DNA of 64,000 bases from Mobula hypostoma (Eukaryota). Below, one piece after another: positions 50,916-63,345 of this stretch; position 1 is the stretch's first letter, and the number at the start of each line of letters is the position of its first letter. A model generated the notes under the pieces. It saw nothing but the letters and a program-made list of their open reading frames with translations, made no database searches and was not told the DNA's origin. The translations under genes and the position numbers were made by a program. The stretch spans positions 47,430,001-47,494,000 of the forward strand of contig NC_086113.1 of the NCBI RefSeq assembly GCF_963921235.1, in the 5' to 3' direction.

Positions 50916-53883
50916 GCCACATCTGCGCCAGGTGCACCGAGTTGAGGCTCTGCAGAATTGGAGCTACAACCTTGATGACCTTCGGCTCATAAGGGAAAAT
51001 GAGGAGAAGATGGAGAGGAGCTACAGGGAGGTAGTCACCCCTAGGCTGCAGGAGGCAAATCGTTGCCACAGGCAACAGCCAGGTCACTGGGTGCATTTAA
51101 GGTAGAGGTTGATAGGTTCTCGATTAATCTGAGCGTGGGAGAAGGCAGGAGAATGTGGCTGAGAGGGAAGTGGATTAGCCATCATTAAATGGTGCAGCAG
51201 ACTCAATGGGCTGAATAGCCTAATTCTGCTCCTATGTCTTATGCACTTATGATGATACTTGAGAGGACATTCTTGGAGGATTGTCCAGCGAAGTCACACA
51301 GTTGGAATTTAGAATAAAGGAGAAAATTACTTTGGATTGTAATTCTTTTAGTCAACTGGAATGAGAAGAACAGATATGTAATAGGATCACAGAAAGATGA
51401 AAGGATAAACAGATTATAAAATTAGGTGATTTCATCTTTCTTCACCCTGACTGGGACCGCCAGGGGAATGGGTAATGTCAGGAGAGGGAAGGGAAATAGG
51501 CAGCTGGTACAGAGTGCCCCTGTGGCTCTTCCCCTGAAGAACAAGTATACTGTTTTGGATTCTGTTGGGGAGGAACACATTACTGGGGGTGGGGGTGCGG
51601 GGCGGGGGCAGCTGAGCGACCGGGTCTCTGTCACTGAGTGTGGCACTGTGGCTCAGAAGAGAAGGGGCCAGAGGAGGAATGCTGTGGTGATAGGAGTAGA
51701 CAGAATTGATAGTGGAGTAGACAGGAGAGTCCATGGACGCGATAGAGAGACATAAGAAGAAGAAGAAGAAGAATATCTTTATTGTCATTGTTGTAGAGCA
51801 ATGAAACACAGTTTAGCAGCTCAACGTTTTGCAGCATGACAAAGAATATATACATAAAATAAAGTCTAAAACCTCAGGAGTGTAGTCCAAAATTAATAAT
51901 ATATGGATGGGGGGGGGGGTGTAGGACTATTGCACACCTGCCATTCCTGGAAGTGTGATGCATTTAGCTGCCGCCGTCTTAGGAGGGGGGCAGGAGAAGG
52001 GAAGGGGGTGTTATACATTCCACTGCTTGTGGGTAGAAGCTGTTAAGGAGTCTCTTTGTTTTCGTCCTTAATGCTCTTCCCAGAAGGTAGAGGAGAAAAC
52101 AGGTGATGTCCAGGATGAGTAGGATCCTTTGAAATACAAGTAGCCTTCTTTAGGAGTCTGCCAGTATAAATGTCTCTGAGGGAGGGTATGTTGAGGTGGA
52201 TAATACCTTAAGGCATATTAAGGTGGAAAATGAAGGCAGCACTGTAGCATAATGGTTAATGTAACTCTTTACAACACCAGCTGTAAGGCTGGGGTTCAAC
52301 TCTCGCCACTGTCTGCAAGAAGCTTGTGCGTTTTCCCCATCATTGCGTTACAGCTTCCCCCAACATTCCAAAGACATAAATTGTGGCAGGCTGTGTTAGT
52401 GCCGGAAGCATGGCAACACTTGTGGATTGCGTCCAGCACATCCTTGGACTGTGTTGGTCATTGGCACAAATGACTGACGTATTTCACTGTACGTTTTGAT
52501 GTACATGTGACACATTTATCTTTTTGTAAAATCTCCGTAAATCCCTGGGGCCTGACCAAGTGATCAAAAGGCATGGGTGAAAGCTAGAAAAGAAATTGCA
52601 TGAATTCTGGCAGAAATCATTGTACCATCTTTAGCCACTGGTGGGGTTCCGGAAAACTGGAGGGTGACTCACATTGAGTCTTTATTTGAGAAGAGCTGCA
52701 AGAATAAACCAATGAACTACAAGCATGGGCCTAACATTATTGGTGCGAAAGTTAATGGAGTGGATTCTGAGGGAAAGGATCTACCAGCTTTGGGCAAGGC
52801 GGGAATGGATAAGAATGTGGTTTTGTGCATGGGAACTCATCCCTCACAAGTTTGATCAAGTTCTTGGGAAGTTATTTATTTTTTATTTTAGTTTAGTTTA
52901 TTTATTTACAGGTATTGTGATAGAGCTTGGATCAGGCAATTCTGGCCCTTCAAGCCATGCTGCCCAGCAGCCCACCAACTTAACCTTGGACTAGTCACAG
53001 GACAACTTACAATGGCCAATTAGCCTACTAATAGTCTTTTCACTGTGGGAGGAAACTGGAGCACCCGGAGGAAACACGCGCATATGGGAAGGAACATACA
53101 AACTTGCTTACAGAGGAACGCCCCAAGCTGCAACAGTGTAATAGTGAAGTTTTGCACCTATCAGTTAAACCTGGATAGGACTTACACAGTAAATAGTAGA
53201 GCCCTAGAGAGTGTTATAGAACAGAGAGACCTAGGGTAGGCAAGTCTAAAACTAGAGGACATAGATTTAAGGTGAGAATGTGACTTAAAAGGGACTTAAG
53301 GGGAATTTTTTCACACAGAGGGTAGTGTGTATGATGAATCTGTGGCTAAAGAGTTGGTACTGGTGGGAGGGCTTCAGGTTTTTGGATAATCGGGATCTCT
53401 TCTGGGGCATGGGTTACCTGTTCAAGACATTTCCCTGAATGTGGCAAAATAGGTAGAGATACTGGTGAAGAAGGTATTCGGCATGCTGGCCTTCATCAGT
53501 CCGACATAGAATACGGATGCTGGGATGCCATTTTGCAATTGTACAAGTTGTTGGTGAGGCTACACTTGGAATATCAAGCACAGTTCCCATCACCAGCTAT
53601 AGGGATTAAGCTGAAAAGGATGCAGAAAAGATCTTTGAGGATGTTACTCGGAAGGTGGTGAGGAGGAGGACTGAGGTACAGGGGAGTCTGGATAGGCTGG
53701 GTCTTCTTTCCCCAGAGCTTAGGAGGTTGAGATATATTAAATCATGAGGGGCATAGATAAGGTGAATACTCACAATCTTTTTCCCAGGGTAATGGAGTCT
53801 AAAATTAGAGAACATAGGCTTAAGTGGAGAGGGGAAAGATTTAAAAGGGATTTAAGGGGAAACTTTCATACAGAGGGCAATGG
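50916..53883. mobile_element. Mosaic of CR1 fragments, a Rex-type 3' fragment (-, ~51755-52210) and SINEs
   Basis: CR1 ORF1 HICARCTELRL (continuation of 39639-39705); PVALPLKNKYTVLDSV; (AAG)n tail at 51755; V-domain at ~53044-53100; MRGIDKVNTHNLFP. Confidence 0.7.
52236..52520 (+). mobile_element. tRNA-derived SINE
   Basis: A-box-like TAGCATAATGG and B-box GGTTCAACTC (52293-52302) followed by non-tRNA body. Confidence 0.65.
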
Positions 53884-55026
53884 TGTGATGGATCTTCACT
53901 GTCTAGGGCCAGGTGGCCTTTTTTTGCCAAGCTCAGCTTTCTAAATACTAGCCGATGACACTTCTAAAAATCAAACTGCTGTTTTTGAGTAAGATAAACT
54001 TCCAATCAATATTCTCTGTTTAGCATCTTGTTGTAAATGGGAGCTAGTTTTCAGTTCTTAATGTAAATGGCAAGTAATAATCAGTTTGAAGTTAAGAGGA
54101 AAGCTTTGAAAACAAACACTGTTTATATAGCAGATTTGCTGGCCCCACAACACCTGGGCTACCTGCTCAAGAGGTGCAGAGTAAGACAATGGGGTATGTT
54201 AAATGGGCTTGTTTCAAACTAGACAACACTGGCTAAATTGTTTAGCTCAAGGAAGCTTGCAAACCAGATTGATACTATCACTTAGCACATCAAATAGCTG
54301 ATCTATTAATAGTTGGAAGGTTTGTGTACTCATAGAGTCAGCTTCACAGCATTTATTGTGGGATCTCTGTCTCCAGAAGCTTTTAGACCACTTGAGTTGA
54401 AATGTATCTGAAAAATATCACATCTGTCTGAAGTCACCCAGGGGGATAAAAAACAGTATCAATGTAGAGAGCAGTTCATGCTTTTTAGGAATAGTCCAGG
54501 AACATCAAGAAGAATGACAGAAACACAGAGTGAAAGAGAATCCATTCCTCTGCCATCAATTTCTGTTGTCAGGTGACTAGTTTGTCTGTAGCTTGGAAGT
54601 ACGTCTTTTTAGCTTGTAGGAATTGTACCTGTATTTTGGAATTCCTTCGTGATTTAGAAACGGTTTGTAATTTGGAAGTCTTTTATGCTGTAAGATTAAA
54701 AAGCTCTGAGTTTTAAAATGTGTTTAAAAATATAGATTAATTTAAACATGCATCACAGAAAATAAATGAACTGTGTTTAAACTACTTTGTTAACTGGAAG
54801 TATCTTCTCCTTGGTCGGGAGAGGGAGCCCACCACTCAAATAGTTGGTATTGGCAGCTAACCTCGCCATGGAGGACAAGCAGGGAAGTGAACTAGCTTTT
54901 GAAGATCGGATAGTTATAGTATAACCTCCCTTTAGTGAAGATACCTGTAGCTATCTATATTGGATACAGCTTAAGGTCTTCATTTTAGTTGAGAACTTTG
55001 TGGTTAGCAAACTCAATACCATCACA
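53884..55026 (+). mobile_element. Solo LTR (1143 bp) inserted in a CR1 3' fragment
   Basis: TGTGATGG...CCATCACA 8-bp inverted termini; 4-bp TSD ATGG (53880-53883, 55027-55030); GGGGATAAAAA box ~54442; AATAAA 54761-54766. Confidence 0.88.
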
Positions 55027-55611
55027 ATGGGTATGAAGACCAATGAACAAATGGTTAAAAAGCTGGCTTAGATTGGAGGGCTTCAGGTTTTTGGATAAAT
55101 GGGATCTCTTTGACTTTTAGAGATCATGTGTATATGTGTAGAACTGTAAGGGGCATGAGAAGAAGGACCTAGTTCTCTCAGCAGAAATATCAATCAGGAG
55201 GCATAGATTTTAAGTGGAAGGGTTGAAGGAGAAAAAAAAAACATTTGCAGCATTGGTAAGTGGGGTTCTGGTACTCAGAAGGAGGGAGGCCGAAAACCTT
55301 CTTTCATTGAGAAAAAAATAGATGAAGTCAATGTCGAGTCTATTGTCTAATGCACAATTGCATGCATGCACAATTGCAATGTAAAATGTTGCAGCATCAC
55401 AGGCTCATCATATAAGCACCATATACAAGAATACATAAACTAGCTCAACCCAGGCAGTAACCCAATTTGTAGTGGTGAAATGTGCGCATTAAGGTAATTT
55501 TTAAAGCACCTTGCCTAACTTTGTTCTGTAAATGATCACCTAAGGCATCCAATAGCGAAGGTTTTCTCCTTTATTTTAATTATGCAAGGTAGGAAAGTTA
55601 TTAACTATTAA

Positions 55612-56015
55612 CTTGGCCTTTTCTCCTTGGAGCGATAGAGGATGAGAGGTGACCTGATAGAGGTATATAAGATGACGAGAGACATTGATCATGTGGGTAG
55701 TCAGAGGCTTTTTCCCGGGGCTGAAATGGCGAGCATTAGAGGGCATAGTTTTAAGGTGCTTAGAAGTAGGTACAGAGGAGATGCCAGGGGTAAGTTTTTT
55801 ATGCAGAGAGTGGTGAATGCGTGGAATGGGCTGCCGGCGGCGGTAGTGGTGGCGGAAACGATAGGGTCTTTTAAGAGATTCCTGGAGGGATACATGGAGC
55901 TTAGAAAAACGTAGGGCTATGGGTAAGCCTAGGTAGTTCTAAGGTAAGGACATGTTCGGCACAGCTTTGTGGGCCAAAAGGCCTGTATTGTGCTGTAGGT
56001 TTTCTATGTTTCTAT
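55612..56015 (+). mobile_element. CR1 LINE 3' end (young)
   Basis: ORF 55642-55914 MRGDLIEVYKM..RGHSFKV..QRVVNAWNGLP; TTCTATGTTTCTAT tail. Confidence 0.9.
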
Positions 56016-56085
56016 ACCAATTTGACAATAGTTTGCATAAATTATTGCTAATTAATTATGTGATTATTAATTAATTGGGGGATTG

Positions 56086-57242
56086 CAGACATCCCACCTC
56101 TCCCGGGAGTCTCCTGCATTTTGATAGTGGCTTCCTGACGCCCACAAATTATACACAATATCCTGGAAAGAGAGAGAGAGAATGAACATGAATGAAAATG
56201 AAAACCTATCAGTTTTCTTTGTGGGCGGGCTTTACGGTCGACCTCTCTCTCTCTCTTTTTCATTGTCCATCAGTTCAATTTAGTGTCCTGCAGTGCCATG
56301 GCAGAGTGTTCCAAAAAAAGAAAATATAAAACATACTTCACCCCAGACTACACTAAAGTGTACCCCTGCCTAACAGGGGTCAAAAATAATGACAGTGTTG
56401 CTCGCTGCACTGTTTGCAACAGTGACTTTTCTATTGACCATGGTGGGTTAAGTAAAAGACATGTTGAGGTAGGTTTAATAGGTGTCATTCATTTATTAGC
56501 ATAACTAACGTTATTTAAACTAGCTGGCCAGCTGCTAAGGAGCTACTCTATTGATGTCCTACGTGATGAGGTCAAACTCCCTGTAGACTTGCTTAAAGTT
56601 GTAATAGAATAAAAATATGACTCCATGATAATATAAAATAATGTAAGTACATATTTTAATGTCACATTTTCTGCATAAGACAATATAATAAGGATACACC
56701 TTATGCCTTTATTTCTTTAGGGACCACAACAAATTAGGGAGGGTAAGCGCAGGGAAGGCTGCTCGATTATTTCACAGTTATTTTCAGCAGAAGTCTGACA
56801 GAGAAGGTCACTAGAGCTGGAGTGTACTTTACATCTTTCATCGTTGAGCATAACCTGCCATTCCAGGTGTGTAAGCACTCAGGCAAGCTATTCAGGAAAA
56901 TGTTTCCTGATTCAGAAATAGCAAAAAAACTATGCCTGCTTATCAAGCAAGACAGCAGCTATTGTGAACATGCCACTGGAACCTGAATGTTCAGAGGAGC
57001 TGTACAAGGGAAGTTTGCAAAAGAAATAGAAAAGCAATTTGCACTAGCATTTAGACTGCCAACAAAATACTCAACAAGGAATATATATGTGTGTGTGTAA
57101 ATAGTTTCAATATGTGATCAAATAAATTGTTGTGTTCTTTCATAATTAAATGTCCTGTATACATACACCCTTGGAGGTCGCCCGGGGGCGGGGGTGGTGG
57201 CGTTACCTCCCTGAAATGAGCTTTTGCAGGGTGGGATGTCTG
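56086..57242 (+). mobile_element. hAT-superfamily DNA transposon, internally deleted (6-bp TSD)
   Basis: 13-bp TIR CAGACATCCCACC / GGTGGGATGTCTG; TSD GGATTG (56080-56085, 57243-57248); zinc finger ARCTVCNSDFSIDHGG..H; FIVEHNLPFQVC..KLFRKMFPDSEIAK. Confidence 0.88.
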
Positions 57243-57455
57243 GGATTGACATGACTTTACTTTTACACGGTCAATTATCAGAGTTCGGCAGCATGGCTGT
57301 CCCTGACCGGAACGCTTTATTGCCCGTGCTACGCCGGGGCCCGCCGGCTGGGGGTGCTGGAGAGCAGGGGTGGGGAGTGCGCGGACGCTCAGCGCCGGAT
57401 GCGAGCCGCGGGTGCGGAGCGGGAGCGCTGCTCCTCCCGCCTCCCGCCCCCCGCC
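57180..57455 (+). promoter_or_regulatory. TDP2 promoter / CpG island
   Basis: GC box GGGGCGGGG 57185-57193 (inside the hAT end), ETS ACCGGAA 57306-57312, CpG-rich to ~57640. Confidence 0.7.
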
Positions 57456-57662
57456 ATGAGCGAGCCACAATGCAAGAGGCCGAGGCTTTCGGGCCCGGAT
57501 GGCCAAGCAGCGGAGAGCCCGCAGCCTGATGGCGAGGAGGAAGGGGACGACGGGGCGTTGCGCCGTTACCGTGAGGGTGTTTGCGCCGAATTCTCCGTTG
57601 TGACCGGCACGGATGGGAGCGTAGCGCAGTGTTACCTAGCGGAAAATGAATGGCTCCTGGAA
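57456..57662 (+). CDS. TDP2: Tyrosyl-DNA phosphodiesterase 2, exon 1 (UBA-like domain)
   Basis: GCCATG; MSEPQCKRPRL..CAEFSVVTGTDGSVAQCYLAENEWLLE; donor GTAGGT. A weaker in-frame ATG lies at 57399. Confidence 0.92.
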
Positions 57663-57743
57663 GTAGGTACCAAATACCTGGTAGAAGCCGTAAAAATTGG
57701 TGCCTTTGTAATGCTGGTGTCTGGTAAGGGGGATAAAAGCATT

Positions 57744-57909
57744 AAACAACAGGAATTCTGCAGATGCTGGAAATTCAAGCAAAACACATCAAAGTTGCTG
57801 GTGAACGCAGCAAGTCCTGACGAAGGGTCTCGGCCTGAAACGTCAACTGTACCTCTTCCTAGAGGTGCTGCCTGGCCTGCTGCGTTCACCAGCAACTTTG
57901 ATGTGCGTT
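57744..57909. mobile_element. 166-bp palindromic Penelope-derived insertion with hammerhead motif (57813-57849, +)
   Basis: Perfect 14-bp TSD GGGATAAAAGCATT (57730-57743, 57910-57923); inverted segment followed by AGUC-CUGACGA-AGGG-UCUCGG-CCU-GAAA-CGUC-AACUG. Confidence 0.88.
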
Positions 57910-60163
57910 GGGATAAAAGCATTGGTGGCCCCACCGTGAAAAACGTTGTGTCCGTGGAGAAGCAGGAGATTGCAAATCTGGAGCAACCTATTCTGCATGG
58001 AGGAATTTATTGGGTCAAGAGGAATCGTCAACATTTCAGGTTGAGACCTGCAGACCTTGAATCGATTTTCTCATCCTTATTCATGGGATATATTTGTAAT
58101 TAGGACGCAGTTAATCCTGCTAAAATGGAGCTAGTTTGATATCATTCGTGGTCTTTCAGGTGTTCTCCCAAGTGGTTGTAAAGTTACTTGGAAGGACATG
58201 GAATTTCTTTCATCCACCACAGTGATTCATTGATTATCTAGCTCTTTATCTATTCATCTCTTCCTCCTTCAGTGTAAATTGCTGAAAAAAGTACCATAGT
58301 CATAAATCATTGAACATTTATAGCGAAGAAGGTGGCCTTTTTCATGGTGTTTGTGCTTGTTATTTTGGAAAAAACAAAGTACCTAGCCTAATCGATCTTC
58401 CCAATGTAAGGGCTGTGGGCCCTGAAAGTCACAGCTCTTCACGTACACAAAATTAAAATCAAAATACACCTCTAGTGTTAGAAATTTGAACCAAAAACAA
58501 AAAATGCTGGGAATGTTCAGCCGGTTGGCCAGCATCTGTGGAGGGAAAAACAATGTGTATGGTAACTTTGTTTCTCTTTTCACAGAAGCTGCCTGACCTG
58601 CTGAGTGTTCACAACTTTTTCTCTTAAAGTACACGCCCATGTATGTGTGCTCTCCAGGTTATGAATGCCTGACCCATGGATGCACTGTGCATACAAATAT
58701 TTGGGAGACTGGCAGGGTGGGTGGGGATAAATTTGACGGCTGTTGTACTGATGCGAGCATCTTCTGAGTGGGAACAGGGCATTTTCCTGTGCCTACTCTC
58801 CCTATTTCTCTCAAGCTGCAGAAGTTGGATGCTGGGTTAAACTGAGCAGAGTAGACTTGCTTGCTCACTCACTGAGTCAGTGAGGCCAGCTGGTTGTCAC
58901 TTACCTATCGCAGTTGTTTTTGTTCACTTTTGACTTGCCAACAGTTCGATTTACTAACAGTTCCCAGAAGTGTAATGCTGTGCAACACACATAAAAGTTG
59001 CTGGTGAACGCAGCAGTAATGCTGTGTAACCCCAGGACCTTCTGTACTTTTGTTTCTCTGTACTAGTGACCAAATTTTTTTTTTTGTAGTCTGTTACCCT
59101 GAAAAAGTAATTTCTGTCTGAGCAGCAAGCATCCTTATCATGAACTACCTTCATATAATACTTTTGAAAATTGCATCCTCCAAATCTTCATTTTCGTGGT
59201 AACATTCAAGATGATTGTTGATAACTTCAAATTCTTCATAGTTCCTAACTTGTTAAGTAGTGAAGTCCTTTCACTTTCACTCCCGGCTTCTCCAAGCCCG
59301 AATGCTTGAAACCACAGTGAACAAAGAGGTTCTGAATTGCTTTACAGCTTAATTCTCACAATCTATCAGAGACAAAAAACACTGCTTTTTGAACACAAAC
59401 ACACACAACTGACACTGTTTAAAAACTGTTCACTTGAAGCATGGTGTGTCTACTGGCCACACGGCTGGCGCTAGTTAGAAACTTTGGCCACAGTCTCCTA
59501 TCCCAATTAAGAGGCATAGTTGCCTCAAATAAATGAAAGGAATCCTAGCTATCATCTTGATTAGTTTTTGCTCTTTAAGAGTTATCCCAAATAAGTGGCT
59601 ACACGAATTGACCAATGGCCCAATAAACCGGAATCCACAGTATTTTTCATTTGATGTGGTGTTTTGGGAACACAGGTAATTTCTCACCAGTTTTACCATC
59701 ATTGAGGTTCTACTGTAGATAATCATCCTTAAAGCCATCCTCATCTGTCAGCTTTTTATTCACTCATTGGATATGATTCCCTTCCCTCATTACTTTTTCA
59801 GTTGGTGCATTCCTGAATAGTTACGGTTTGTGTGATGAAGCTAATGCCAGAAGTGCATGGGAAGTGAAGGGAAGAAATAATTTCATATCTTTTGTTTTCT
59901 AAGATCCCACTCAAACACCTAGGTATTCACTTTGCGTTGCTTAAACTTTTTTGCCTGTGATCATTCTCATGTTGCTGAGATATAAATTTGAATGACTGTT
60001 GTACAATCAATGTTAAGCAAATTACACTGGAATGGGAAAGGAGTAAAACCAGTCATGAGATGATTGACAGTCAGAGCTTCTAGCATTTTCACATTTAAAC
60101 AGTATTTAATATGATCCATTCTGTATCGATGTGATCATTTTTGTTTTCCCTAATTGTTTACAG

Positions 60164-60258
60164 AGAGCTCTCAACTCCTATTTCGAAGCAACTTTTCGGC
60201 CATCTTGCTCTGCAATGGAAGCTGCCTCACAGATAACAAGTGCAGCAGATTTCCAAAG
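60164..60258 (+). CDS. TDP2: TDP2 exon 2
   Basis: RALNSYFEATFRPSCSAMEAASQITSAADFQ; TTACAG / GTATGC; phase 0 to 2. Confidence 0.92.
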
Positions 60259-61682
60259 GTATGCACACACCTTACAGGTCTTAACTATTAACATAATCAT
60301 TCTTTGGTTAAGTGTGTTGTAACTTATTCAAAGAAGAAATACAAAGCTCAAGGTGCAGAGAAATGGATATTAATTTTAAAATTCATGTCGCACTTGAGTG
60401 TCTCATTGATATGAAGAACATTTTTTTGTACTTCTGAAAATTATTGACGACTTAATTGTTTTGTAGTTGGAAGAGCCTTGAGCTTCCACCTTTGCACAGA
60501 TGGTGGGTTCATTTGTTGACTTGCAGTGCTTGAAAATGAAGCTAGACTGAAGCTAGCTTCAGTTACTTATAATGATGATCACTTATTTTGAAAAGTAGTT
60601 TACAGGGTTGTAAAAGAACAGAGAGTTATGTAACAACTTTTGGAAATATTTAAGAATCTGCAGCATTTTAAATATACATTGGTTGGTTTGGACATTCTAA
60701 ACACTATGGCTCAGATGAGTTCTCTCATCAGAAATACAAAAAACACTGCATGTTTAAGCTATCTAGGAAGCACAGCTAGGTATTTAGACTTTTTTTTCAG
60801 AGTGTTATGCAGTTGAATGTCTTAAGTTCATATTAATGTAATGTATCAATATATGTATGTGCATTTAGATGTTGTTAACTATATTCACAGTGGCTTAAAC
60901 CCCAAATTAGGGTTGTTACATGGCACATTGTTGCTTACTAAAGACGTATCCAATAGAGTGAATTATTAGTTAAGTAATTAATGGAAAAGGTATTGTGTAA
61001 ATTATTGTGAAGACATTACTGGATGTTAGTAAAAATACTTCTAAAAGCAGCAGTTTGCAACTCACCTTTGGAGTAGAGGAAGATCTTGGAGCTGAGGTAT
61101 TAAGTAGTAATAAAGACTGCACTCTAAACTTTAGGTTTGCTTAAATAGAGTTGTAATGCTGTAAATGTATATTGGGTAAGGATTACAGCAAAATGGCGTT
61201 CAGTCACCATGCAGAAATGATTGCATGTCCAGCCACTACTGACTGGAGTGATAACCTTACTCTATTTCCTGAGGTGGGCAAGCTTACTGAGTCTCAGAGC
61301 TATATGTGCTAATATTACAAATTTGGTAGTTGTAAGGCAGGCATTGTTCAGCATTTTATTGGAAATTCTTCACCTTGTAAAAAGAAAATTACTAATGCTA
61401 ATTATATACCTCCTGTGTTGTTGTTAATTAGAGCAAAAACTGGAGGCCATGGAGATCACTATGAAAACCATCAATCTTTTGAAAGATAGAAGTTCCTTTT
61501 GCTAGTTGCTGGAGTTTTGTCTTATTTGGATCTAAATTTCCATAATATTCTCAGTAAATTCTCCGGCAGTTTATGAATGTTTTACAATGTTTTACTCCAT
61601 GAAATGACAAGATATTCAGATGTGCAGTTTTAAGCACTCTTATGTAACCAGACACATCCATATTAACTTTCTTTAAATGCAG

Positions 61683-61844
61683 CATTGATTTAACAGACGA
61701 TAACAGTGTGCAGACGAATAATGGGGATGGCACAGAGTCACATGTAGATGAAAGTACCATCTCACTGTTAACCTGGAACATCGATGGACTTGATTCAGCA
61801 AACCTATCGGAAAGAGCACGTGGTTTTTGCTGTTGCTTGGCGCT
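61683..61844 (+). CDS. TDP2: TDP2 exon 3 (start of EEP domain); gene continues beyond window
   Basis: IDLTDD (SIM-like)..SLLTWNIDGLDSANLSERARGFCCCLAL; ATGCAG / GTGAGT; phase 2 to 2. Confidence 0.95.
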
Positions 61845-61929
61845 GTGAGTACAATTGTTTCATTATTATTGTCAACCCACAGTTAACTTGTTATTTATTT
61901 AGTTGGCCTTTTAAGAGTGTATAGATTTA

Positions 61930-62384
61930 TAAGGGTGATTGATGAGTTCATGGCCTAAGGTAGAAGGAGATGAGTTATACAGCTCTCGTTACATGCACAC
62001 GCAGGTCAACTCTTTGAGTGATTATGTAGAAAGTTTGAAATTAATACTCATCTCCTTCTACCTTAGGCCACAAACTTATCAATCACCCCTGATGAGTTAT
62101 TATCTGATGAGTTATTAACTTCAAACTTTCTGCATAATCACTCAGAGCTGAACTGCATGTGCATGTAACGAGAGCTGTATAACTCATCTCCTTCTACCTT
62201 AGGCCACAAACTTATCAATCACCCCTGCTGTGGACACTTTCTGGAGGTCCAAGATCCGTATGCTCCACGACCGCTGGACTAAGTGTGCAAATGTAGGAGG
62301 GGACTATGTTGAAAAATAAATGTGCTAGGTTTTCTAAAATTGACTCCTTCTACCTTAGGCCACGAACTTATCAATCACCCCTCG
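61930..62384. mobile_element. Mariner-type MITE with triplicated right end
   Basis: TIR GGGTGATTGAT(A/G)AGTT..TGGCCTAAGGTAGAAGGAG at left; inverted copies at ~62047-62089, 62158-62225 and 62344-62384. Confidence 0.8.
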
Positions 62385-62969
62385 TTTGATTCTTTCAGGT
62401 CAAGAAATGAAGACCCTTGTCTTTTATCAGGCTTTCAGTTGTTATTAGCTAACATTTTGTATATTTTTGGATTAATGACTAATTTGACTTCAGGATCAAG
62501 AAGATTTTGCTCTGTTTTGTAGTTGGCTTAGGAATGTTTTTTCCTCAGAAAACTGACACAGGTCTTGAATTATGCAGCATATCCCTGTCTGTGTGAAAGT
62601 TAACCACCTTACATAATAATCTATGGCAGCAAACTTCTGTTTTCTTACCCATAACCTTCCTTAAATTTTTCTAGTATTTATTGCTTTGTAAACCTAAATT
62701 ATTTACCTTTTAAACTCCTTTAGCAGAACTGTGCATCTAAACTTTGCTCTAACCCTTTTTTTGTTTAATCCTTGAGTTGTTGCATAAATCTGCTCACCCT
62801 CCCTTTTACGTCTCCAAAGATTTTCTGTATCCCCAGTTAATCTTCAGATAGGACTTTTATTCCAGTGCTATTTCTCTCCATCTTAATGGAAAAGGCCCAT
62901 TCTGTCCTTGCACTCTGACAGTCTATCTTCATTTTGTTTTTCTTAATTGTATGGGATGCAGGTATCGCT

Positions 62970-63345
62970 CGTTCATTCATTGTGCCATGTCGTATGATGT
63001 GGGTGATTGTGATCTTTCCACGACCATGATTGTTTCTGGCAAATTTTTCTTCAGAAGTGGCTTACCATTGCTGCCTTCTGGGCATTGACTTTACAAGACA
63101 GGCGACCCCAGCCATCATAATACTCTTCAGATATTGTCTGCCTGGCGTCAGTGGTCACATATCTAGGAATTGTAAGTTTGCTTCAGCTGCTCATACGACC
63201 ATCCATCACCTGCTCCCATGGCTTCACGAGAAGCTGATCAGGGGAGCTAAGCAGGTGCTACACCTCGCCCAAGGGTGAACTGCAGGCTAGCAGAGGGAAG
63301 GAGAGCCTTACACTTCCTTTGGTAGAGACGTACCTCCACCCCACT
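62970..63345 (-). mobile_element. Short non-autonomous retroposon (probably RTE-related)
   Basis: GC-richer block with (ATGA)n-like tail on the minus strand; family tentative. Confidence 0.45.

Noticed and set aside
52236-52315. tRNA gene
   Set aside because: A/B boxes present but no cloverleaf or anticodon arm; continues into a SINE body.
49798-56015. Two ~400-bp inverted copies as ends of a large composite transposon
   Set aside because: Both are ordinary CR1 3' ends with their own tails and different truncation points; no shared TSD seen.
57354-58103. 249-aa ORF as a single-exon gene
   Set aside because: Only 57456-57662 matches TDP2; the rest is read-through past the GTAGGT donor into intron and repeat sequence.
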